A stretch of DNA of 60,000 nucleotides from Lama glama (lineage: Eukaryota): positions 7,566,001-7,626,000 of the forward strand of contig CM052816.1 of the NCBI GenBank assembly GCA_028534125.1. The letters run 5' to 3'. Position numbers and translations under genes: made by a program. Shown piece by piece: positions 50,126 through 60,000 of the stretch (positions within the stretch are counted from its first letter, which is position 1; the number at the start of each line of letters is the position of its first letter). Under the pieces are notes generated by a model, which did no database searches, was not told the DNA's origin, and worked only from the letters and a program-made list of their open reading frames with translations.

Positions 50126-51366
50126 ATTTATTGTTTTTCTCCAGTTTTATTGAAATATAACTGACATGTAGCACTATACAAGTTTAAGGTGTCCAGCATG
50201 GTCATTTGACTTCTATACATCATGAAGTGCTTATCACAGTCACGTGAGTGAACATCCATCATCTCACGCAGACACAAAACTAAAGAAATAGATTTTGTGC
50301 GTGTGTGATGGGAATTCTTAGGATTTACTCTGTGAGCTTTCATTCGTAACATACAGCAGTGTTAATTATAGTCATCATGTTGTACATTACACCCCTAGTA
50401 CTTATTCATCATACAACTGGAAGTTCATACCTTTTGACCACCTTCATCCTGTTCTTCCTCTCCCATCCCTCAACTTCTGGTGACCACATATCTGATCTCT
50501 GTTCCTTTGAGTTTCTATGTATGTTTGTTTGTTTTGAAGAATAGTTGACCTACAACGCTATGTTAGTTCCTGTTACACAACATAGTGATTTTTTTCTATA
50601 CATTTCAAAATGATCACCAGGATAAGTCTACTTATGCTGTGTCACCAAAGAAAGATATCAGTTATTGACTATATCCACACACTGTACATTTCATATCCAT
50701 GAATTATTTATTTTGTAACTACAAGTTTGTAGCTCTTAATCTCCCTCACCTATTTCTTTCCTCCCCTCTCCCTCCTCTCCTCTGGCAACCACCTGTTTAC
50801 TCTCTGTATCTATAACTCCGTTTCTGTTTTGTTAGGTTTGTTCATTTATTTTGTTTCTTAGATTCTCCATATAAATGAAATCATACAATATTTATCTTTC
50901 TCTGTCTGACTTAGTTCACTTAGCAAAACACTCTCTAGGTCTCTCTTTGTTGTCGCAAATGGCAAGATTTCATTCATTTTTTATGGCTGAGAATATTCCA
51001 TTATACATATATACCACACCTTCTTTATCCATTCATCTATTGATGGGCCCTTGGGTTGCTTCCATATCTTGGCTATTGTAAATGATGCTGCAGTGAACAT
51101 AGCGGTGCATGTATCTTTTCTAATTAGTATTTTTGTTTTCTTTGAATAAACACCCAGGGGTGGAATTGCTCAGTCATAAGGTAGTTCTATTTTCAGTTTT
51201 TTGAGGAACCTCCATTCTGTTTTCCGGAGTGGCTACACCAATTTACATTCCCACCAAGAGTACACGTGGGTTCTCTTTTCTCCATATCCTCACCAGCACT
51301 TGTTATTTGTTGTCGTTTTGATAATAGCCATTCTGACAGCTGTGAGGTGATACCTCCTTGTTGAGT
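50126..51366 (-). mobile_element. About 1.24-kb 5'-truncated L1 (3'UTR plus ORF2 end) inserted in an older sense L1
   Basis: ttttattgaaatataactgacat...ggttgcttccatatcttggctattgtaaat...tagccattctgacagctgtgaggtgatacctc; degenerate 16-bp TSD. Confidence 0.88.
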
Positions 51367-51382
51367 TAAACTAGTAGTACAT

Positions 51383-51910
51383 CTTTAAAGGGTAGTTTGG
51401 CAGTCTCAAAATTTTAAATGCATATACCTTGGACTTGATAATTCTACTTATAGGAATTTATCCTCGAGACATAGCCACATGTGTTCTCAAAGACATGTAA
51501 GAATATTTATGCCAGCATTTTTTACAGTAGCAAAAGATTGGAAGTCCTTCACACAAAACTGGTTAAATAAATTATGGTACATCTATATGATAGAATACAA
51601 TACAGCCATGAAAAAGTGTGAGGAGGCTCTACGTGCTGATTTGGGATCTTCTCTAAGTGAAAAATTATGGCCCAGAATAATACGAATGCCGTGCAGAGAA
51701 GGAATATTATATACATATACATATTTGTATATGCATATGGAAATTCACTGCTAGAAAATCATACAAGTAAATGTAATAGTGGCTACCTCTTTAGAGAATT
51801 AGGGGGTCGGGGTGGGAGGGAGACTTTTATTGTATAATCCTTTGATTTGAATTATTTATAATGATTATATTTTTTTAATCATTTATCAAAAATTATAAAA
51901 ACAAAAAAAT
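51383..51910 (+). mobile_element. Old L1 (L1ME-like) ORF2 end/3'UTR
   Basis: gtttggcag...aattctacttataggaatttatcct...ggttaaataaattatggtacatc. Confidence 0.7.
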
Positions 51911-52531
51911 TGAAAAAATATATGGTAAAAATGGCAGGCGCCCCTCTAAAAAGAGGGAGGAGGTCTGGTTCCCCCAGCCCTGTTGTATATCAGACATTAT
52001 GACATGTCATAAGCCCAGTGATGTTCACATAAATTCCTGCAAAAGCCAGGCACCTAGTAAGTGCTCGATGATGTTTCTTCAAATAAGGAACGTGTTACAA
52101 CACATGTGTTAATGGGGAGGGTATTAGAGTACAGGGGAGCCAGGGGAGGAGGGAATTCACTCTGGCTGAGGCAAGAATAGAGCAGGAACACCTCACAGAG
52201 GAGGGGGCATCTGATGGCAGACAGGATGCAGGGCTGGTGCAGAGGGCGTGCTGGACGGAGGAATGGTTTTTATAGGCAGAAAGATGACCATGATGCTCCT
52301 GGAAGGAAAGGGGCAGATGAAGCCACAGAGCTTCACGAAGGTCAGACCACAAAAGGCCTTGAAGCCAGGCTGAGAGCTTGGACATTTTCCCAGGGATAAC
52401 GGGAGCCACAGAAGGGACAGAGCCACAGTTACGTGTTAGGGAGACACCCAGGCTGACAGCAGCTGGGAGGAGGGGGACTTGAGGCCATCAGGATGGTTTC
52501 ACTCACCGTGCTCTCCCTCTGCCCCTTCCAG

Positions 52532-52591
52532 GGCGACACCTCTGGGGACTTCCTGAAGGCCTTGCTGGCTATCTGTGGAGGCGAGGACTAG
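52532..52591 (+). CDS. ANXA6: ANXA6 exon 26 coding part (GDTSGDFLKALLAICGGED*)
   Basis: ccttccAG acceptor; TAG 52589-52591; visible exons sum to 1943 nt, and a 79-nt exon 14 gives 2022 nt (673 aa). Confidence 0.97.
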   Translation, partial: GDTSGDFLKALLAICGGED

Positions 52592-53074
52592 GACCACCGG
52601 CACTGGCGGGCACCTCTGCCGAGCGACGGTCAGCAGCACCACCCGCCACCACCCAGCCTGACTGCTCCGTTCCAGCTCCAGAGACTAAGGAAGGGATGGG
52701 GCGGGGGCGGGGGTGGGGTGGGCTCTCGTCTTCAACTGGGGTTTAGGAAAGGCTGCTGCTCCTGCGAGCCACTGAGGGCCCAGCACGGTCGGTCGCTCTT
52801 GCTCACGTCTGAGCGGCTGAAGAACCGTAACCATTGATCCCGTCCGCCTCCGCTCCCCATCTTCCTCCTCACACCTTCCTAGCTTCTGTGCCTCATCACA
52901 GCCCCTGTCCTGGTTTGGGCTTTGTCAAATTCAAAAACATACTGAGCCTTTGTCTGTGAAGTGAGTGATGTGTGTGCTTCGCATGGTGGGGTGTGGTGGC
53001 AGGTGCCAGTGGAGTGTCCTGGGGGAAGGAGGGAAACAAAGTGTCTCCCAGCAGTTCCGCTGCCTCCGTCCTGG

Positions 53075-53256
53075 TTGCTAGAGCCCTGAACCCTGGGTCC
53101 AAATACCTGGGTTCAAATTTGCGTCCGCCACACACTTGCCTTATGACCTTGAGCCAATCTCTTTCCCTCCCTGAGTCTCTATTTAATTACCTACAAAATG
53201 AGAGAGTTTGACAAAACGATCCGGGCTTTCTCTTCTAACACTGACATTCTAGGATG
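53075..53256 (+). mobile_element. MIR-family SINE within the ANXA6 3'UTR
   Basis: acctgggttcaaat...tgaccttgagccaatctctttccctccctgagtctc...acaaaatgag...ctgacattctagga. Confidence 0.7.
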
Positions 53257-53295
53257 TGCCTCCACACCATTTCCTTTCCACGTCTTCTCTCTGTA

Positions 53296-53301
53296 AATAA
53301 A
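53296..53301 (+). terminator. ANXA6: ANXA6 polyadenylation signal AATAAA
   Basis: First AATAAA I found after the stop (about 0.7 kb); TGTA just upstream and GU-rich tctgtttttgtg at about 53341. Confidence 0.8.
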
Positions 53302-56300
53302 AAGAGACTTGCAGACACATAAATACATTTCTAAAGGGGATCTGTTTTTGTGACCTAGAGCCTGCAGCCTGGATTGTCCTCGTTAGACCCCGAGGTGTTA
53401 ACCTGCCCAGGAGGGAGTTCTGTCTTCCTACCCCTTCTGGGAATCCCAAATGGGGGTCTGAGCGTGGGTCCAGCCTGGGAGGCCTGGCCCAGCCTGCTCT
53501 CTCCCCTCTGCTGCCTGGATGTTTCTCTGTGCACCCTGCATCCATTACAACCGAACCTACACTTCCTCTTTTGAACTCTTCAGGGGCGCCAGATGCGATT
53601 GTGATCTGGGGAGGCCTGTGGAAAGTTTCCACTTGGTGAAGATCGGTGATAAGCAGGCGATCAGCCGCAGTTTCTCCGTCTCCCTGGCCCCAGCTCTGTT
53701 TCTGCTTGAGACTCAGATCTAAAGTTCCCCAGCAACCACGGCACGTGGGTGCCTGCTGGCTGGAGGGCTGCGCTCCCCGCCCTGGCTGACCTGCCCTCTC
53801 CTGCAATTCAGAGTGTGTTTATTGCAGTAGCTGAGCGGAGAATGAGGTGGGGGTTGGGAAACGTGCTGGGTCTGGCCTTGCATGACCTTGGGCCAGCCAC
53901 TGCCCTCACTGGGCCTCAGTATCTCCATTGGTACAGTGAGGGCTTGGACCCAAGAGTTTTGAAATGCCTTCTCTTCATCTCTGACTTAACAAGTCTGAAA
54001 GTAAGACAGTCACCTTGTGTCTTCCCCACTTCCTTCTCTCCACCAGGCCGTGAGCTCAAACCCCGTGAGGGTCAGCTGAGAGCTAGTTTGGGTATTTGCC
54101 CAATTTGATTTAACTGTTACCAAAGATAAATTAACACCATGGTTCAGAGCTGTGGAGTCAGACCTTGGCCACTGACAGCCCGTGAGCGTGCCATCTCTCC
54201 GAGCCTCAGTTTCTTCATCTGTAAGACAAGGACCAGTTCCACCTAGCTCACAGCCTTCGTGGGGTACGGGAGATGACCTGTGGAAGTTTGCAGTGGGGGC
54301 CTGCCTGGCTTGCAGTCAGCTGCCAGCACCACCTGCCCTGAGCCAGGCCCGATTGTAGGAACCAGGAGGTGGCCCCCGAGATGTTTTCTTGAGCTTTGTT
54401 TTCAAAAATGTGTCAGCTGCAGATCACAGAAGCATCCAAAGACATACGAAAGTGCCTTAAAATATGCCCTGAGGGAAAAATAGGCTGGAATGGAAAGGAA
54501 AGTGATGGAATCCAAGGCAGTAGAAGTGGGGAGGCCCCATGAGGCCAAGGGGGAACATACAAGTGGAAAAACCAGGAATTTCTAGAATTCCGAGAAACCA
54601 GGAAAGAGGATAGTTCAAAGGGAGCGCCACTATGTATAAGACATCATTCTAATCCCTCAACATGTGGTTTGCACTGAATTCTTAAAGTGTATTGTGTTCT
54701 GGGCTTGGTCAGTAGTAGGAGGGAGATGAGATTAGAAAGGGGAGTTTGCATCCAATTATAGAGGACCTTGTATGTCAGGATTTTCTCTTATAACCCAGGG
54801 TGAGCCTTTGGAGGTTCTTGGGTGGGGAAGGTATACATCTAAGCATGCATTTAAGGCAAGTCCATGAAGGAAAAGTGGCCAGTTGGGAGGCTATTACAGT
54901 AATCCCACGGAGTCCCAGGTGCCTGCAGAACAAACCACATTTTTTTCTTGGAGCTGTGGCAAAGGAGGGACTAGCCACTATTCTGAATCCAAGCCCTCGC
55001 ATTCATTCATTTATTCATCCATCCATCCACTCGTGCAGCCCCTTGTTGAATGCCTTCTACGTGCTAGATGCTAAAGATATGAAAAGTTAGACCATCGTGG
55101 TCCTAATCCTTAAGAGCTTCTGTTCCAGTGTCCCTCCCACCCAGCTCTCTGCAGAACACCATATTAGATGACACTGGAGGTTGTTTCTGTGGCCAAAGTT
55201 CAACTGAGAGAAGTGGTGGGGACTAAATTAAAACTAAAAGGAAAGGGAAAGCGGAAGACCAGACCACCACTGTCTCAAAGAGGGAGGACCGGAGGATGGT
55301 CCCGATGCTCTGAGTGTGGACGGGGCTTCAGGAAGTCTCACCTCCCTCAGCCAGACTGACAACTGCCACCTCCCGAGAGAGGAAGCAACTGGCCGCAGGT
55401 CATAAAGCCTTTCAGCGGCAGACAGAACTGGAACCCTGCAGTCCTGGCTTCGGTCCAATGCTTTTCTAAACACCATGTACGCCCTTCCATTTTGTTCATT
55501 CCTCCCCTCCGAGAGGGCTTCAGCCCACAGTCCGCCTCCCTCCAGCCTGGAGCTGTGCCTCTCCCATTTTCAGCAGCTCTGGACTGGGATGCACCCACCT
55601 TGGTTTTGGGGCCACGAGGACATGTCTAAAGAAAGTGGCTGGTTGGGAAGAGGTTGCCCTTTTAAAACCCAAGCAGAGAGCAACTATTTGGGAATTGCCA
55701 CTGTTACATTTCCTGCCGTTGGAGAGCGTTGTGGGAACTGTGGGCTATTTAAAACATGCTGATGTATATACTGTGTCCCGGCTCTGCTGAGAACATGCGT
55801 CATCGCCAGAGTAATCCCGCAGGAGACGCTCCCCCCCCATGGTAATCCTCCGCTGCAGCGCAGGGGTAGCACCCTCATTCTAACAACGAGGCAACTGAGG
55901 GTCCAAGTGGTGACACAGATGGCCTGAAGACAGAGGCAGCACATCATGGACTTACTGAACTGGATGTGGTCTTAGAGGAAGTGGTCTTAGAGCCCAGCCA
56001 ACTCTCTTATTTCATAAATCTGGAAATTGAGGCTCACAGAGCAGGACCATGGCCGTGGTTTACTAAGGGCTAGATCTGTGACGGACACCTCGTCTCCTGA
56101 TTCCTACTCTGCTGTCTCCGCTGACATATCCTCCTCTTCCCTCTGATGGCAGAAATCTGACTGAACAAACGGGAGGGAGAAGTGTCAAGTTGCCCAACCC
56201 GAATTTCAGAACCCAGAAGTGGTAAATCACCACTCCAACATGCCTCCCCACTCCCCTCAGACCTCAGGTTTCCTAAGGGCACTTCCCCACTTCACAGCTG

Positions 56301-58848
56301 GTGTTAGGCAAGCGGGAAATTCTGGTTCTATCACGGAGCCCTCTACTCAGTAGTTAGATCTATGGGAAGGAAGCGGGCAGGCCGCCCTGGATTCGAATCC
56401 CAGCCAAGCATGGGGTGAGTCACTGGCCTCTCAATGCCTTGACATCTCCATCTGTAAAGTGAGGATGACAAAGGCTTCTATCTCACAGGGTTGTTGTGAA
56501 GACAAAATAAGGCAGTGTGTGTGCATCTGCGAGCACACTGTCCGGGACACAGCAAGGACTCAATACATATCAGCTCTTTGTTATTAATAAACAGGCTGGA
56601 TTCCATTTCCCAGCAGAGGAAGGCTTAGAGAGGGGGAGTCTTAACAGCCTCAGATGATTAACTGAGTCCCTCCCTACCCTCGAAAGCGAAGGGGGGAAAG
56701 ATTAGAAAAATTCAAGCACACAGTAGCAAGGGGTACCAAGTGCAGAGGCCACAGATTAACCACAGAGAGGCCTGAAAAAGACTCCCTGGAAAGGGGGCAC
56801 ATGAGAGGCACCTCAAAAGATGGGTCGAGAAGCTCTCAACAGTAAAAGATGGAAGGAGGGAGAGAGTTCCAGGCAGGGCCAACTTGAGCAAAGGCACAGA
56901 GGTGGGAAGCGGAGGCAGTGGCATGTGCTCCTGGGGACCCTGGGCCCCACACCCAGTGTGAGGACAGCATCTGGGAATGCCACAGAGAGTCCAGGCTGGA
57001 GTGTGGCCTTTACCCTCGGGGCCCTGGCCAGCCCCTGAATGGGCTAGGAGTGGGAGTAGTATGATCAGAGATGTCCTTTAGAAAGCCATCTCTGGGGCCC
57101 TCGGCAGAGGAGGAGACCAGCCCAGTGGCCGGGAGACCATTGGACAGGCTTGCAGCTCTTCCCCGGATGCGGAGGGATGGGGATGTGGGCCAGGGCAGGG
57201 GAAGCAGAGACAGAGAAAAGAGAAGAAAGACAGGGAAGCAAGGGACCCAGGAAACTGCCTGACCTGCTGTGAAGAACAAGAGAGGGAGGCCACAGTGAAG
57301 TCAGGTGTCATCACCTTGGAACCGAGAGGTGAAAAGTGCTTTAGAGCAGGAAGAGGACCCCGGTGCGGGCCACCTCACCACCCACTTCCCTGCAGGGTGA
57401 GGACTGAGGAGGCCCTAAACCAGAGCCACCTGGGAATGGGCCCTTCCCCCGGGCCCAGCTGTTGCAGCAGTTAACAGAACAAACATTTCCCCCTGTGGGA
57501 TGGTCCCCCCCCCCCCCCGCCTGTTGTGCTGCTGGCTGCAGCCAGAACCCCCTGGCGGCTGCCTCACTGAGATGCCATGGACCTTGACCTGGAGATAGCC
57601 CTGGGCGGGGATGGGAGGGTGGGGGGTGACACAGAGATCCCAACCTTTGTAGGGCCAACCATTTCCACTCCCACTTTCCCACACATCTGGTATCCACTCA
57701 AAGCCCCTAAGCACTCCTTACCACACACACAGAATTCCAAGTCACCACCTGGCATCCCCACAGGGACACACACACTGAGTACCCAGAACCAGAATCACAT
57801 GCTGACGCCAGAAAGAAGAATGATTAGGCCCACAAATACACTGGTCACAAACAGAAAGATAGACTGCTGGCCACAGACGCACTGCTGGCCACACAGGAAA
57901 GGCCTCACACAAGTACTCAAACTTGCTTTTCACACCCACTCCCTGGGGTGTGTGCACGTTCCCGCTTTTCTTGGCACACAGCCTTGGTGTGCAGCACACA
58001 GCTCCCGGGACCTGGGACCCGTCGGCCCTGTGTCCGTTCCTCCTCCTGTTCTTCCACAGGAAGAGACAGACTTTGAGCCTAATTGCCCTGATTTGAGCTC
58101 TGGGGAAGCTAGACCAGCTCCCCGGAGAAGCAGAAGCGGGATCAGCCTTGCTTTGGAGCAGAATCCCTGGAGAAGGCTTCCAGGGAGGCAGTGAGGCTCA
58201 CGGTGAGTGAAATATACAGATGCAGGAGGGAGAGAGCTTTTCCTCCAGAAGCCCCTGTCTCGCCCTGTTCGCTTTTCTTGGAGTGCTCTAGAAGCTGGTG
58301 GTGAAAGGGTTAACAGCACCACCTGCCACCCCCAACCTCCCACCATTGGGCCTGGGAAAACCTGAGCCCTGGGATTTGCCCACGGGGAGTCAGGGTAACT
58401 ATCTCTCGATAACTGTTTGCTGTTCCAGGATAAAACTCCCCAGGTGAGTGAGATGGAAACCTAAAATGAAACTTTGCCAGGCTTCTCAGACGCAGGGCCC
58501 CTTACTGTCACCCTGGTCAGTCGCTGTAGCACCAGATCCATCATCATCATTGCCTCTGTGTGAGGCTGGGTCTCCCTGTGGGGTGAATTTCTCATTCTTA
58601 TGGGCAAATGCGCCTTCCTCTCCACTAGGCTTCAGGCTCTCAACTTTCCTACCTAGGAAGGTGTTCCCGGAACAAAATGAGATCAAGCAGCCAGAGATCC
58701 CAGCACAAAGCCTGGTACCCAGGAAGTTCCTATCACCTGCCTTCCCCACCTCCTGCCTCTCCCAGGGTGCCCCGTCCCCCTGCCCCTCTCCTGTGCGGGG
58801 TCCAGGTTAATTGCAGTGCATCATTTGCATAGACATGAGACCTCACCC

Positions 58849-58861
58849 GGGGAAATTCCCC
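58849..58861. promoter_or_regulatory. Near-palindromic NF-kB site GGGGAAATTCCCC
   Basis: Contains a perfect GGGRNWYYCC match; octamer ATTTGCAT at 58823-58830. Confidence 0.6.
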
Positions 58862-60000
58862 CTGGTGACCAGGCTTCCTTTCTGAGGTCGGGCCTCAGAC
58901 ACTGCTCTTTCCTCTCCGGCTCCCCCCAGCCTCCCGCTGGCTCTGGTCCCTGTCATCCAGCTGGTGTAGATCCAGGCTCGCAGATCTAGTCCCATCCTTT
59001 GATCCTGGATGCTGACCAAGAGGGTGTGAGGGTGGAGGGTGGTCTGGGGATCTGGAACAAAAGCGGAAGTGATGAGTTTGAGAAACAGAGGAAAGATCCG
59101 CAGGCGGGAGGTGAAGCCTGGGTTGTGATGTTGGCTCGTCAACAACTCCCTTTCCTTTCTTGGGCACATGCCTTCCCCTCCCTGGACTTTAGTCTCTCCT
59201 GTCCAGTCAAGGGGTGGGTCTGAAGAAGCTTTGTTCCAGGGCTGATAGGCCAAGAAGCCACTTCCTTTAGCAGCAGTCTTGCAACATGTGTCCTTGGATC
59301 TTTTTCCTTTGACAAGAATCTTGCAACATACCATTCTGTATCTGTTTCCTTGGAAAGCACAATTTTGCAAAATGCGTTCCTGAATTTCATTTTAAGATGT
59401 TGACAGAATTATATGTATCTCCTCTACTTGAAGTGAGCTGGTTTGAGTTTTAATTTTTCCTTTCACATTCACCATGTATGATGTCCTGGGACCCACAAAA
59501 AGTGGAATAGAGCTCCCTCCTATCCAGATGCTAAGATCTGTTGTCCTCATGGTCTCTACCCTGGTACTGAGAAGTCACCTTCCCTGGTACAAAAAGGGAA
59601 AGAGCGAGGTCCTGGGACCACCTGCATCAGAACCAACTGTCAGAAAGGGCTTTTGAGAGCACATTGTGATTGGCTCAGTGCTGGTCACACAATATCAACA
59701 AGACCAGAGATGTCAGGGTTGGAGGGTGCGGTTGGGTAATTAAGTAGCAAAGGAGTGGGGCTGTGAGATTTACCCTATGTGTATCCCAATTTCACCCAGC
59801 TTTTGAAGTTCAGCATAGGTCTCATCTCCCCCAAGTGAACTCTGAAGACATTTATTACCTGAGTTTGAACTCCAGCCATGCCTCTCTGTAGCCATTGGCT
59901 TAAACCACTATAAGCCTCCTCTATAAAACTTCCTCATCTATAGAATAGAGGTACCGATATCATAAGGTCCTGATAAGGAAGGCATAAAATAATGCATTTA

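Noticed and set aside
15146..52591. ANXA6 as a pseudogene because the frame breaks between exons 13 and 15
   Set aside because: All 24 visible exons are open with GT-AG sites, and the break coincides with an assembly gap
54575..54596. ggaatttctagaattccgagaa as a heat-shock or STAT element
   Set aside because: HSE spacing is imperfect; a single TTCN3GAA is expected by chance
57577..58194. 205-aa ORF with gccATGg Kozak, the longest gap-free ORF
   Set aside because: No recognisable domain; the T/H/P bias reflects CA-rich DNA; no supporting gene structure. Conservation or Ribo-seq evidence would be needed
1..60000. CRISPR arrays, tRNA/rRNA genes, intact transposon ORFs or a novel multi-gene system
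   Set aside because: None seen; the window is explained by two known genes and decayed mammalian repeats

Overview
Mammalian genomic DNA, probably a non-ruminant cetartiodactyl such as a camelid (inferred from repeat content), with two 500-N scaffold gaps. All genes are on the + strand. The window holds the last two coding exons of CCDC69 (192-289, 977-1154) and nearly the whole ANXA6 (annexin A6) gene. 24 of the 25 expected ANXA6 coding exons are visible, from ATG 15146 to TAG 52591, with a polyA signal at 53296. The linker exon 14 is absent and probably lies in gap 31889-32388; the non-coding exon 1/promoter is not visible and probably lies in gap 12119-12618. The rest is intron and intergenic DNA with L1, L2, MIR, MaLR and hAT/Tigger relics, plus an NF-kB/octamer/PU.1 motif cluster near the right end, where TNIP1 is expected by synteny. 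I found no convincing novel biological system. The best leads are an orphan L1 5'UTR, a candidate in-frame upstream exon, a stop codon at the ANXA6 half-gene junction, the 18-nt microexon, CTCF sites and a 3'UTR G-quadruplex. Repeat family names are recognised from memory, not from a search.
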